Of a DNA stretch of 64,000 bases, positions 1 to 12,312 are shown in pieces. Where the stretch lies: contig NIVC01000901.1 in assembly GCA_002269645.1 (NCBI GenBank), positions 1-64,000 on the forward strand. Direction: 5' to 3'. The notes under the pieces were generated by a model that worked only from the letters and a program-made list of their open reading frames with translations, searched no databases and had not been told where the DNA came from. Source of the DNA: Macrostomum lignano (taxonomy: Eukaryota). The position numbers and the translations under genes are program-made. Positions within the stretch are counted from its first letter, which is position 1, and each line of letters starts with the position of its first letter.

Positions 1-262
1 ATCAGAGTGAAATCCCAATCATCAGAGTGAAATCCCAATCTATCAGAGTGAAATCCCAATCTATCAGAGTGAAATCCCAATCTATCAGAGTGAAATCCTA
101 ATCTATCAGAGTGAAATCCCAATCCGTCAGAGTGAAATCCCAATCTGTCAGAGTGAAATCCCAATCTGTCAGAGTGAAATCCCAATCTATCAGAGTGAAA
201 TCCCAATCTGTCAGAGTGAAATCCCAATCTGTCAGAGTGAAATCCCAATCTGTCAGAGTGAA
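1..262. repeat. 21-bp minisatellite (ATCAGAGTGAAATCCCAATCT)
   Basis: About 12 tandem copies, continuing beyond the window start; intronic to the CLIP1-like gene. Confidence 0.95.
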
Positions 263-408
263 ATTGCCAACATTTTAGTTCAAAATATATTTATCTTCAT
301 TTTCGTGGATATTTTTAGCATTATAAAATAAAAAATAACAAAATTCGCATATTTCCACTAGTCAGTAGTGCAGATAAGACATTATCATTATTTTGCATTC
401 TATCCTAG

Positions 409-942
409 ATTGCCCGATTAAAAGCGGAGCGCGCTCTGTCTGAGCTGCGCGAACGCCTGGACAGTCAGGACGCCGCCCTGGCCACTAGCGAACGCGAACG
501 AGACGAGCTCAGAGAGAAATTAGAAGATTTACAATTCAGCATGGCCGAGTCCATGATTGGCGAGGAGGACAATAAATTGGGTGGCGAAGGTGCTGCTGGA
601 GCTTCCGCAGCTTCAAGCGGCCCGGCTGGCGACGGCCTGGCGATGAAGCCGGAAGCTGCATCGGCCAGCGAGTTGAGCAGCCTGCTCGAGCGCGTGTCCA
701 GTTTAGAGACTCGACTGGCCGAACGTGAGGCGGAGAATTCGAAAATTCGAGAAGATGCTGAGCTGGAGAAACAGGCTGCGGCTGATGAGGCGGCAAGTAA
801 ACTTGCAGCTGCGGAGGCTGCGGCCGCTGAGCAGTTGGCCAAATTGAGAAGCGAATCTGATGAGGCCAAGCACCAGATGGAAAAACGGCTAGAGGAGGCT
901 GGGCGAGCGGCTGATGAAGCTAAACAGCGAATTACCGAATTG
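409..942 (+). CDS. CLIP1: CLIP-170/restin-like protein, internal coiled-coil exon (upstream exons lie outside the window)
   Basis: Acceptor ...tatcctag|409, donor 942|gtaggt, phase 0/0. Reads IARLKAER...REKLEDLQFSMAESMIGEE; EDLQF is a CLIP-170 coiled-coil motif. Confidence 0.85.
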
Positions 943-1049
943 GTAGGTTGTGCGCTTATTGTAGGATGCGAACTGCGAATTCTTTCTAGGAATCGCCTAT
1001 AAGTTGTTTCTAAGAAATTTCTAGTCTCGATTGTATTGAGAATCCAGAT

Positions 1050-1850
1050 GTAGAATTGATTTTCTCATTCGAATCAAGAATCCATATGATTCTAAGAAAT
1101 TCCCATTTATGACTGTAAGAGCCCATGTGATTTAAAGAAAAGAGTTCTTTATTATTTCAAGGAAGAGCTCCTTGTGAATTTAGAAAAGCCATCATGATTC
1201 TAAGAAATGGCCCCTTATGAGCTGAACAAAAATCTTATGCTTATAAGAAAGAACTCGTGATTCTAAGGAAGATCTAAATTATGAGTTTAAAACAGAACCC
1301 AAATGATTCTAAGAAATCGCCGTTGTGATTCTTAGAAAGAGCCTAGATGATTATAAGAAATCGTCTTTGTGTTTCTAATAAAAGCCCCATATGATTCTAA
1401 GAAAGTGCCTTTGTAATTCTAGCTCGTAAAAAAGTGTCATGATTCTAGGAAAGCGCCCTACTGATTCTAAGAAAGAGCCCCATGTGATTCTCAGAAAGCG
1501 CGCTACTGATTCTAGGAAAGAGCCTACATGATTCTAAGAAAGCGCCCTGTCATTCTAAAAACGAGCCTACATGATTCTCAGAAAGCGCACTAGTAATTCT
1601 AAGAAAGACCCTACATGATTATAAGAAAGACTTTCTAAGAAATTCTAAGAAATTCTTCAAAGTCTTTCTAAGAATGATTCTAAGAAAGCGCCTTTGTCAT
1701 TCTAAGAAAGAGCCTACTTGATTCTAAGAAAGTACCCTTGTAATTTTAAGAAAGCGTCCTTGTAATTCTAAGAAAATGCCCTTGTAATTCTAAGAAAATG
1801 CTCTTGTAATTCTAAGAAAATGCCCTTGCAATTCTAAGAAAGATCCCCCA
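1050..1850. repeat. Degenerate minisatellite with an ATTCTAAGAAA core
   Basis: The core recurs roughly every 20-33 bp in the CLIP1-like intron. Confidence 0.8.
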
Positions 1851-1951
1851 ATAATTCGTCCCTCCGATCCCATAATCAAACTCATTGCTGGAATTGCTTC
1901 AATACTACAGATTTAACAAACACTCCTCTATTCGCTTCCCCTCTCTCCCAG

Positions 1952-2443
1952 ACCAGCCAGCTGGAATCTGTCCAAGCCTCATCAACCAGCCTCGCCGCCG
2001 AGAACGAGCGCCTCTCCTCCGACCTGATGCAGGCGGAAGCCTCCGCAGCTGCCGCCCGTTCAGAAACCGCCGCAGCCGTCGCTCAAGTTGACGAGCTGCG
2101 CAGCCAGTGCTCCGATCTGCAGGCCAGTCTGCAGCAGGCTCGCGCACGGATCAGCGAGCTGCTCGATGCAGCCGCATCCGCTCCGCCGCCTCCGCCGCCC
2201 CCGCCTCCAGAGCAGCATCAGCTGCAGCAACAGCTGGAATTTCTCAACTCAGTCATTGTAGATTTGAAAGCTAAGAATACTAAACTGGAGAGGGATCTGT
2301 ATCTGCTCACTGCTCTGCCGGATTCCTCTGACACTCCGTCTGGCGGGGTGCAGCACCAGAGCTACTCTGCTCAGCCCCCGAGGCTCTACTGCGACATCTG
2401 CGAGGAGTTCGACCAGCACGATACAGAGGACTGCCCTGTGCAG
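1952..2443 (+). CDS. CLIP1: CLIP-170-like, penultimate exon with first C-terminal zinc knuckle
   Basis: Acceptor ctctcccag|1952, donor 2443|gtgagc. LEFLNSVIVDLKAKN and RLYCDICEEFDQHDTEDCP match the CLIP-170 motifs IDFLNSVIVDL and RLFCDICDCFDLHDTEDCP. Confidence 0.93.
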
Positions 2444-2479
2444 GTGAGCGGGTTGAGGGGCGGGGTTTTTTAAGAGCGG

Positions 2480-2821
2480 CGCTTTTTCTGACACTTGAAA
2501 ATTGGCGCCGCTCTCTCTCTGACACTTGGAAATTGGCGCCGCTCTCTCTCTGACACTTGGAAATGGCGCTTCTCTCTCTGGCACTTGGAAATGGCGCCTC
2601 TCTCTCTGACACTTGGAAATGGCGCCTCTCTCTCTGACACTTGGAAATGGCGCCTCTCTCTCTGACACTTGGAAATGGCGCCTCTCTCTCTGACACTTGG
2701 AAATGGCGGCGCTCTCTCTGACACTTGGAAATGGCGGCGCTCTCTCTGACACTTGGAAATGGCGCCTCTCTCTCTGACACTTGGAAATGGCGCCTCTCTC
2801 TCTGAAACTTGGAAATGGCGC

Positions 2822-2855
<34 letters not shown>

Positions 2856-3240
2856 GACACTTAAAAATTGGCGCCGCTCTCTCTCTGACACTTGGAAATG
2901 GCGGCGCTCTCTCTCTGAAACTTGGAAATGGCGCCTCTCTCTCTCTCTCTGACACTTAAAAATTGTCGCCGCTCTCTCTCTGACACTTGGAAATGGCGGC
3001 GCTCTCTCTCTGACACTTGGAAATGGCGCCTCTCTCTCTCTCTCTGACACTTGGAAATGGCGGCGCTCTCTCTCTGACACTTAAAAATTGGCGCCGCTCT
3101 CTCTCTGACACTTGGAAATGGCGGCGCTCTCTCTCTGACACTTAAAAATAGCGGCGCTCTCTCTCTGAACTTGGAAATGGCGGCGCTCTCTCTGAAACTT
3201 GGAAATGGCGCCGCCCTCTTTGACACTTGGAAATGGCGGC
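2480..3240. repeat. ~26-30-bp minisatellite (CTCTCTCTGACACTTGGAAATGGCGSC)
   Basis: Tandem units with variable CT tracts filling the last CLIP1-like intron. Confidence 0.95.
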
Positions 3241-3424
3241 TCCTGATATCTTACTTGGCGCCCCCATATATTAAATATAAAACTCATACGGTAGCACCCT
3301 AAATGTATTCTCAATCTATGAATCGCCTCTATATAGGGCCCCCGAGACGCAGAAAAGCCCCTTACCACACCTAAAACCCGGCAACTTATAAATGCAATCC
3401 AAAACTCCTGAAAATTCACTGCAG

Positions 3425-3580
3425 GGCGGTAGCAGCGAGTCGCCCAGGCCCTCAACTCGCCGACTGGCCGACGCAAGCGGCGGTGCCGGCAGCAACGGCG
3501 GAGCGTCGAGGCCCTACTGCCACATCTGCGAGATTTTCGGGCACAACACTGTAGACTGCAATCAGGATGAAACTTACTAA
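3425..3580 (+). CDS. CLIP1: CLIP-170-like, last exon with second zinc knuckle and EEY/F-like tail
   Basis: Acceptor cactgcag|3425, phase 0. RPYCHICEIFGHNTVDCNQDETY* matches the CLIP-170 end [23 protein letters not shown]. Confidence 0.93.
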   Translation, partial: GGSSESPRPSTRRLADASGGAGSNGGASRPYCHICEIFGHNTVDCNQDETY

Positions 3581-4483
3581 CTGAAAATTTACCTGTTTAA
3601 TCATTGATATTTTCTAGCGATTTTTTAATTTTCCCATTTGAAAGTAAAAAAGTTACAAAGCACTTTGGTTGCCTACTAACAGTAGGCTAATTAGCTAATA
3701 GCTATACGAACTACTCATTCGCATCGCATTTCTTACCTTCTTGTTTGGAGATTTTCGTAACAATTAGACTGAAAACAAGAAGTCGTCGCATCTCTTCCCT
3801 GTTTTCTCGCTTTTGCCTTTTTATTTAACCGCCTTAAAACCCCGTTTAATTTGCTGTACCCATAAATATTTTTGTAGTAGATTGTTACGCAACATTGTTT
3901 CAAAAGTACAATTGTGTACTTTTCATTTTGTTTTAATCCATTTGTCGCCGATTAAACGGAAAAAATGTCTTCCTAAAAAGACGCAAAAATCTAAGGTAAG
4001 TATGTGATTCAAATACACTCACAAATTTATTATATACGGTCACAAAAGCACAGGCGTAATAAACTACTACTAGTAGTATGCATACGAGTACATGTACATT
4101 TTGCTGGTCAAACAGATCTATTATGTTAGTAAATGTACTTTTCCAACGATTTAGATATAATTGGCTTGATTTATTGATAATGTTAATCAATTTAGTATAT
4201 TTGTGTTATAACTGCACCTCAAGCCAAAATTGTTTAAATTTGTGCAGTACGCTAGTAGTATGGTGTGTACATTTTGGCTATAGTTTCTATGCAACTGCAA
4301 AATATAAACTGACACAATATCCATGTTTATTTTTCTTGCACACCTAAAGATATTAAAAAGAAGCTTTCTGATTTTGAAGTGCCTTTGAAATTGTTTCATT
4401 TTATATGATAAAATAGATAAGAAAATGCTGAATCGATTTTTATTTTATCAGCTTCAACATTAAAACGTGCATTGTACATTAGA

Positions 4484-4654
4484 TAGATGGAAAGTTGACC
4501 TTCAAATGTTTATTGGTTAGATGGAAAGTTGACCTTCAAATGTTTATTGGTTAGATGGAAAGTTGACCTTCAAATGTTTATTGGTTAGATGGAAAGTTGA
4601 CCTTCAAATGTTTATTGGTTAGATGGAAAGTTGACCTTCAAATGTTTATTGGTT
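4484..4654. repeat. 34-bp tandem repeat, five copies
   Basis: TAGATGGAAAGTTGACCTTCAAATGTTTATTGGT, identical copies. Confidence 0.95.
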
Positions 4655-5111
4655 AAAGGTACAAATAAATTTATTTCCTGATTTTTTATAAAAATCGGCC
4701 TTCAAATTTGAAATTAGCTAAGATGTAGAAAATAGTAACACTATCTATGCTACTTAAAGTAGAAAAGCTCGGACACAAGAGCATAAAACATTTCAGGACC
4801 TCGCAATGCTAGTAAAAGTGCAGAAAATTACTATTAAAAGAGGATCACAGCATTAAACCTTTCATTGGCCAGTATGAATAAAAGTAAAATACAATTAACC
4901 ATAAGATTATTTCGAGATGAACCTTGGAGTATTTTAGCATTGGATTCCCACGACTAACGCGCCACGGTCACATTCATGCATGAAACTTGTCCAGGGGGGG
5001 GCTGTCGTGCTATTCACAGCCGTGAGGGCCAACCCCAAAGAAACAGATCGAGAATGTACATGCCCGACGATTAGAAAGTCAAAAGGGTCAATTTTCGCAC
5101 ACTCAAGAGTG

Positions 5112-5804
5112 TCACGCAGGTTTAACCAGACTGTCAATCAATCCGAGCAGTTCCAGCCTCTCCGCCTCATTCTTGAGCGTGTACACCCAGTGAAACTCGC
5201 AGGCAGCCTGAGCTCGCCTCAATGGCGGCTTGTCACCATTGAAGCACAGCATGATGAGCATCTTAATCCAGGGAGCTTTATAATGCTCAAATCCCAGTTC
5301 GCCAAGGGATTTCAGAATCCGACTGATTCTCAAATAGTTGTGACCGGAGACGTTCAAGAAGGCGATTCGAGAGCTGAAATTCTCAGCGGGCTCCAGAGCT
5401 CCGGTGGCCTCATCAACCAGCCGGAAGCCGTAGAAGTCCAGCATCAGCCTGTAGGCCTGCACGAGTCTGCGGCGACATGCCTCGCTGGCGGCGATCTGCT
5501 GAGCTTCCTTAGCTGACATGACGCTGGCCTGCCAGTTGATACCAGCCTCACGCAGCGGGAACAGCCACTGGATGAAGCCGTGATGCCGCTCTAGCAGTTC
5601 ATAATTGCCTTTCCATTCGACTAGCATGACATCAATAAAATCCCCGCGCGGTTCCGATTTGATTTTGTTATTGTAGAAATTCCAGATGTCCCTACTAGCT
5701 GACGATTTCGGCGCGTCTGGATAGCCGCTGCGATAGTCCGCTGAGCGCTCCTCCGCCTCGGCGCGGCGCCTGGCGCGGCCGCGGGCTGAGGTTGGCGCCT
5801 CCAT
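5112..5804 (-). CDS. OGFR: Opioid growth factor receptor (OGFr) conserved-domain protein, single coding exon, 230 aa
   Basis: HGFIQWLFPLREAGINW, AYRLMLDFYG and HNYLRISRILKSLGELG match OGFR/OGFRL1 domain motifs. OGFR versus OGFRL1 orthology cannot be resolved. Confidence 0.88.
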   Translation of the reverse strand: MEAPTSARGRARRRAEAEERSADYRSGYPDAPKSSASRDIWNFYNNKIKSEPRGDFIDVMLVEWKGNYELLERHHGFIQWLFPLREAGINWQASVMSAKEAQQIAASEACRRRLVQAYRLMLDFYGFRLVDEATGALEPAENFSSRIAFLNVSGHNYLRISRILKSLGELGFEHYKAPWIKMLIMLCFNGDKPPLRRAQAACEFHWVYTLKNEAERLELLGLIDSLVKPA

Positions 5805-5999
5805 TTAATTGGCATGCATTGGGGCAGAAACAATTTTCTATTTTAATAAGCACCAAACTCTCCAAATTCTGTCTTACGAGTATCTGTCTTTTCTAATTGG
5901 CTGTTCATTTATCTCACTTGTCTCAGTCAGGCCTGTGCTTTCAACCCTTCGTTTCGAATTTTATAACTTTCGACATCTAAATACAAGCCAAGCCTCTCC

Positions 6000-6465
6000 A
6001 CCCCTTATCTGCACACTAGCTAGCCAACCCCCACACCCCTTATCTGTGCACTGGCTAGCCAACCCCCCACCACCCCTTATCTGTGCACTGGCTAGCCAAC
6101 CCCCCACCACCCCTTATCTGTGCACTGGCTAGCCAACCCCCCACCACCCCTTATCTGTGCACTGGCTAGCCAACCCCCCACCACCCCTTATCTGTGCACT
6201 GGCTAGCCAACCTCCCACCACCCCTTATCTGTGCACTGGCTAGCCAACCCCACCACTTCTTATCTGTACACTGGCTAGCCAACCTCCACCACCCCTTATC
6301 TGCACACTAGCTAGCCGACCCCACCACCCTTATCTGTACACTGGCTAGCCAACCCACCACCACCCCTTGCCCGCATCTGTACATTGGCTAGCCAACCCCA
6401 TCAAACCTTAACTCCACATTAGCTAGCCAACCCCCTCCACCCCTTATCTGTACATTGGCCAGCCA
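6000..6465. repeat. ~37-bp minisatellite
   Basis: CCCCTTATCTGTGCACTGGCTAGCCAACCCCCCACCA, about 12 copies. Confidence 0.93.
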
Positions 6466-7734
6466 AGCAAAACAACTCATTTATTACTCTAAGGTTAAAA
6501 AGGACTATAAAATGAAATCGAATATTTGCGGTTAATATACACAGATAGGCTCCGCTATATGCAGTATTCATTTATTTACTTTTTACCTCAGCCAGTCAAG
6601 CCGTCGCCAAAGAACTGAATAAAAGATCTATGAAACGAACGGGTTGGCAAATTATCTTAAAAAATTATTTCAAGATTGAACGAAAAAGCAAATAAAATTA
6701 TAATAATCAGTATTGGGCACGTATATTCTACATCAACTCAAACTACCAACTTGATGTCAGATGTGAAAAATGGCTCAAAAAGGAGAGAAGCTTATCAAGT
6801 CTCATAATAATGTACAAATTCTATTTAACACACTGACATATTTTAATTGCTTTTTATTAGTATGGAAAATTATTACTTTATGTACAAGCAAAGCGAATAA
6901 CTCAAGCCAGAATCATATGAGGCCAGCACAACAGAATTTCCTTTAAGAGTTGAATTTTTCAGGAAAGCCAAAAGGGTTTTATTAATTGAAACTCCGACAC
7001 GAAAACACAAAAAACTTGTTATCGATTGTTTTGGGAATATTTTTAAACATGAAAAACTGCAATAATAAAAACCGTAGCGTAGATGAGACGATATGTTGCG
7101 TAAATAACTTTACTTGGGATGAACTAAAGTTCTCATCAATTTATAACAAAAAAGTATTTTGAAAACTACATTACACCTTAAACCACCAGAGTACGAAAAT
7201 ATAATTAATTTTAATGGTTTAGAAAACTATATTAGGAAATAAATTACTGAGAAAGATAAATTAGATTGAAAAATTTATCCCCATTGTAGGATAACAAACA
7301 AAATAACAAAAATTATAGAACTAATATTATATGCAATTATTAGGTGAATAGTTACAAAAATCACAAAACTAATTTATGGTATTTAGCATTAAGGCCTGTA
7401 TAAAAATTACATAAATAAACATATGATGATAGACGATTCACCAAATAGTGACTAAAAATTCACATTAATAAGAATTTAAAATCGTATATCATATTTTATC
7501 AATTCCCATAGCCTTTGTGAAATTCACAAATTCATTTGTGAATTTTTATAAAACAAATGAATGAAACTTTAAAGTACGATTTCTGTTGATAGATATAGAT
7601 AAAGGGTTAGGGAGGGACATTTATAACATTAAAGTGCTTGGGACTCATGGAATATTATTAAAACCGTCTTTCCTTGCAAATTAAAAACAGGAACTTCAAA
7701 ATTATTGCGCTTAATAATGACAAAGTTGAAACTA

Positions 7735-8575
7735 TTCACTCTAAATGTCACTGTAGACACTATATTCACTCTAAACGTCACTCTAGAAACTATAGTCACT
7801 CTGAATGTCACTCTAGACACTATAGTCACTCTAAATGTCACTCTAGACACTATATTCACTCTAAACGTCACTCTAGAAACTATAGTCACTCTGAATGTCA
7901 CTCTAGACACTATAGTCACTCTAAATGTCACTCTAGACACTGTATTCACTCTAAACGTCACTCTAGAAACTATAGTCACTCTGAATGTCACTCTAGACAC
8001 TATAGTCACTCTAAATGTCACTCTAGACACTATAGTCACTCTAAATGTCACTCTAGACACTATAGTCACTCTAAATGTCACTCTAGACACTATAGTCACT
8101 CTAGACACTGTAGTCACTCTAGACACTATATTAACTCTAAATGTCACTCTAGACACTATAGTCACTCTGGACACTATAGTCACTCTAGACACTATAGTCA
8201 CTCTAGACACTATAGTCACTCTAGACACCATATTCACTCTAAATGTCACTCTAGACACTATAGTTACTCTAGACACTATTTTCACTCTGAATGTCACTCT
8301 AGACACTATAGTCACTCTGAATGTCACTCTAGACACTATAGTCACTCTAGACACTATATTTACTCTAAATGTCACTCTAGACACTATAGTCACTCTAAAT
8401 GTCACTCTAGACACTGTATTCACTCTAGATGTCACTCTAGACACTATAGTCACTCTAAATGTCACTCTAGACACTATAGTCACTCTAGATGTCACTCTAG
8501 GCACTATAGTCACTCTGAATGTCACTCTAGACACTATATTCACTCTAAGTGTCACTCTAGACACTAAATTCACTC
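7735..8575. repeat. Composite 12/18/30-bp minisatellite with a 90-bp higher-order unit
   Basis: GTCACTCTAAAT and GTCACTCTAGACACTATA subunits; the 90-mer recurs at 7771, 7861 and 7951. Confidence 0.95.
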
Positions 8576-8768
8576 TGAAAAAGACTCTTATCGAGCAAAC
8601 AAGTTGTCCTCTACCGAAAGTGGCACTCTAAGATACAGGTAACAAAAACAAATTTGCACATCAAAATAATAGATACCGACAATGATCCCAAAGCCAGAGA
8701 GAAATCCGCAGCCACTATTAAACAAACAACACCTCGCTCAATACCCCAACCTACAGCCCAGCCCAGCA

Positions 8769-9357
8769 TCACTCCCATTTTCCCCAATCGTCCTCTCCCA
8801 AATCTTCGTCCTCCTCGTCAGCCGCGGCACCTCCGCCGCCAACCGCCAGCTCGCGGGCCCTCTTCAGATCCTCCTCGGTCAATTCCACGTCGTCAATGTC
8901 CAGATCTTCATCAACATCGGCGTCTGGTGTCAATATCTTCGTAGCTGAGGCTGACGCCGCGGCTGGAGGATGAAGATCAACGGGAGGCTGGGCAGCTGGC
9001 GTTTGCTGTTGAGCAGCCCCGCGGCCGCTGCCACCGCTGCTGCCCTCCTCGCTGCTGCCGGATGCCGGATGTCGGACCACGATGGTGTCGCCGCGTTCGC
9101 AGAGCTTTAAAGAGTCGCTGGCTTGGTGGGACTTGTCTTCGTTGCCAGCGGCGGCGGCGGCGTCGGGAACGACGGGTTCGTCCTCGTCGTAGTCGTCCCA
9201 GCTGATGGAGTCCAGGTCTTCGACGGCGGCGCCGCCGGGGGCGGCTGCGGCAGCTGAAGCGGCAGCAGCGGTAGTGGTGGCGGCGGCTGCGGCGCGCCTT
9301 TTTAACTCCTGACGCTGCCGGGCCGTGTCGCGAATGGCGCGGACTCGAAAGTAGTAT
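8769..9357 (-). CDS. BSDC1: BSDC1, last coding exon
   Basis: Acceptor ctccacag|A completes Arg, then YYFRVRAIRDTARQRQELKRRA; acidic end DLDIDDVELTEEDL...DDWGKWE* resembles the BSDC1 tail. The four exons total 1347 nt = 448 aa plus stop. Confidence 0.88.
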
Positions 9358-9479
9358 CTGTGGAGTTTTTTGGATTTGGAGTTGGGGATTTGGGATTCTC
9401 AATTGGCGACTCTAGGGATTCTTGAGCTGGAAAGTTTGTGTGATTTGACAGTTGGGGATTTGAGGATTTGGGGATTCTC

Positions 9480-10500
9480 CAATTGGGAATTCCCCAGTTG
9501 GGGATTCTCCAGTTGGGGATTTTGGGGATTCTCCAGTTGGGGATTTTGAGGATTCTCCAGTTGGGGATTTGGGGGATTCTCCAGTTGGGATTTTGAGGAT
9601 TCTCCAGTTGGGGATTTTGAGGATTCTCCAGTTGGAGGTTTTGAGGATTCTCCAGTTGGAGGTTTTGAGGATTCTCCAGTTGGAGGTTTTGAGGATTCTC
9701 CAGTTGGAGGTTTTGGGGATTCTCCAGTTGGGGATTTGGGGGATTCTCCAGTTGGGATTTTGAGGATTCTCCAGTTGGGGATTTTGAGGATTCTCCAGTT
9801 GGAGGTTTTGAGGATTCTCCAGTTGGAGGTTTTGAGGATTCTCCAGTTGGAGGTTTTGGGGATTCTCCAGTTGGGGATTTGGGGGATTCTCCAGTTGGGA
9901 TTTTGAGGATTCTCCAGTTGGGGATTTTGAGGATTCTCCAGTTGGAGGTTTTGAGGATTCTCCAGTTGGAGGTTTTGAGGATTCTCCAGTTGGAGGTTTT
10001 GGGGATTCTCCAGTTGGGGATTTGGGGGATTCTCCAGTTGGGATTTTGAGGATTCTCCAGTTGGGGATTTTGAGGATTCTCCAGTTGGAGGTTTTGAGGA
10101 TTCTCCAGTTGGAGGTTTTGGGGATTCTCCAGTTGGGGATTTTGGGGATTCTCCAGTTGGGGATTTTGAGGATTCTCCAGTTGGGGATTTGGGGGATTCT
10201 CCAGTTGGAGGTTTCGGGGATTTTCCAGTTGGGGATTTTGAGGATTCTCCAGTTGGGGATTCTCCAGTTGGGGATTTTGGGGATTCTCCAGTTGGGGATT
10301 TTGGGGATTCTCCAGTTGGGGATTTTGGGGATTCTCCAGTTGGGAATTTTAGGATTCTCCAGTTGGGGATTCTCCAGTTAGGGGTTTTGTGGATTCTCCA
10401 GTTGGGGATTTGGGGGATTCTTCAGTTGAGGATTTGGGGGATTCTCCAGTTGTGGATTTGGGGGATTCTCCAGTTGGGGATTTTTGGTATCCTACAGTTG
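9480..10500. repeat. 24-bp G-rich minisatellite in BSDC1 intron 3
   Basis: TCTCCAGTTGGGGATTTTGAGGAT and variants. Confidence 0.95.
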
Positions 10501-10611
10501 AGGATTTGGGATTTTGAAGGCTAGGGATTTGAATACTCTTAGGAATTTTTTCAGTTAAGAGAATTACGTAGGATGAAAATTTGAGGGCCTGTCAGTGACA
10601 GTTGAACGAAC

Positions 10612-10766
10612 CTGGCCCAGAAGTGCTTGTGCGGCATCTCAGCGGGCACCAGCTGTGAATAGAGAGAGCGCAGCTCGGAGGACGACATCAACAGCTCGGA
10701 GATTTCCTGCTGCTCAGAGTCTGCGTTGAATTCGCTTAGGAAGGCCAGGAATGCCTCCGGTTGGCC
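10612..10766 (-). CDS. BSDC1: BSDC1, coding exon 3 (BSD domain)
   Basis: Acceptor ttctgcag|GGC, donor AG|gttcgt (phase 2). EISELLMSSSELRSLYSQLVPAEMPHKHFWAR resembles EISELLVGSPSIRALYTKMVPAAVSHSEFWHR. Confidence 0.9.
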
Positions 10767-10789
10767 CTGCAGAATGGGTTCGGGGATTT

Positions 10790-11735
10790 TATTGGGGGAG
10801 AATAGGGATCTCGGATAGGGGAAGATTGGGGATCTTTCTGACTAGAGGAAAAATGGGGATCTTTCTGACTAGGGGAATAATGGGGATCTTTCTTACTAGG
10901 GGAAGAATGGGGATCTTTCTTACTAGGGGAAGAATGGGGATCTTTCTTACTAGGGGAAGAATGGGGATCTTTCTGACTAGGGGAAGAACGGGGATCTTTC
11001 TTACTAGGGGAAGAATGGTGATCTTTCTGACTAGGGTAAGAACGGGGATCTTTCTTACTAGGGGAAGAATGGGGATCTTTCTTACTAGGGGAAGAATGGG
11101 GATCTTTCTGACTAGGGGAAGAATGGGGATCTTTCTGACTAGGGGAAGAATGGGGATCTTTCTTACTAGGGGAAGAATGGGGATCTTTCTTACTAGGGGA
11201 AGAATGGGGATCTTTCTGACTAGGGGAAGAATGGGGATCTTTCTGACTAGGGGAAGAATGGGGATCTTTCTGATTAGGGGAAGAATGGTGATCTTTCTTA
11301 CCAGGGGAAGAATGGGGATCTTTCTTACTAGGGGAAGAATGGGGATCTTTCTTACTAGGGGAAGAATGGTGATCTTTCTTACCAGGGGAAGAATGGGGAT
11401 CTTTCTTACTAGGGGAATAATGGGGATCTTTCTGACTAGGGGATGAATGGGGATATTTCTGACTAGGGGAAGAATGGGGATCTTTCTGATTAGGGGAAGA
11501 ATGGTGATCTTTCTTACCAGGGGAAGAATGGGGATCTTTCTGACTAGGGGAAGAATGGGGATCTTTCTTACTAGGGGAAGAATGGGGATCTTTCTGACTA
11601 GGGGAAGAATGGGGATCTTTCTTACTAGGGGAAGAATGGGGATCTTTCTTACTAGGGGAAGAATGGGGATCTTTCTGACTAGGGGAAGAATGGGGATCTA
11701 TCTGACTAGAGGAAAAATAAGGATCTTTCTAGTTT
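10790..11735. repeat. 27-bp G-rich minisatellite in BSDC1 intron 2
   Basis: GGGGAAGAATGGGGATCTTTCTKACTA tandem array. Confidence 0.95.
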
Positions 11736-11813
11736 AGGAAAAAATGGGGACTTTTTGAATAAGGAAAAATGAGGATTTCTAGATTGAAAAAAATGTGTTA
11801 TACGTCAATTTAC

Positions 11814-12080
11814 CTGGGGATCTGTGAGAAACGTAGCGGGATCCGCCTTCAGAGCGTCAATCCTGCTCTTCTCCCAGTCGTGAGCGCACACTTCTCCGTC
11901 TTTGGTGACCACCAGCGCCTGCTCATCGCTGTCGTCTGGTGGAATGTACATCGCGTTAGCCACCGTGCTCACCAGGCTGCTCAGGCCGCTTCGAAGTCGC
12001 TGAGTAGTGTCGGAATGGTGACCAGCGCCGCCTTCGCTAGCGCCACCATCTTCGCCTTCAACTCCCGAGCTTGCGCGAAC
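11814..12080 (-). CDS. BSDC1: BSDC1, coding exon 2 (not in the supplied ORF track)
   Basis: Acceptor ttattcag|GTT, donor CAG|gtaaat. Open 89 codons ending KSRIDALKADPATFLTDPQ, like BSDC1 ARLYSLQSDPATYCNEP. Confidence 0.87.
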
Positions 12081-12131
12081 CTGAATAATGTAAGAATTTA
12101 TTTAGTAGTTATTGACATTTCACTGTTACTG

Positions 12132-12312
12132 CAGTAGGTACCGCTACTCACTCAGATGATACTTCAGTAGGTACCGCTACTCACTCAGATGATACTTCAG
12201 TAGGTACCGCTACTTACTTAAATGTTATTCCAGTAAGTACTGCTATTCTCTGAAATGATACTTCAATAGGTACTGCTACTCACTCAGATGATACTTTAGT
12301 AGGCACTGCTAC
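12132..12312. repeat. 33-bp tandem repeat in BSDC1 intron 1
   Basis: CAGTAGGTACCGCTACTCACTCAGATGATACTT, about 5 copies. Confidence 0.9.

Noticed and set aside
2249-3476. Long minus-strand ORFs (SERERRHFQV repeats)
   Set aside because: Translations of the intronic minisatellite; the real gene is on the plus strand with splice sites flanking the array.
7629-8631. Three ~300-aa repetitive ORFs (VTIVSR / HYSHS / TLNVTLD)
   Set aside because: All subunits are multiples of 6 bp and stop-free by chance; no unique domain or splice support.
9569-11737. ORFs LQLGILRI and MGIFLTRGR
   Set aside because: Antisense readings of the BSDC1 intronic repeats.
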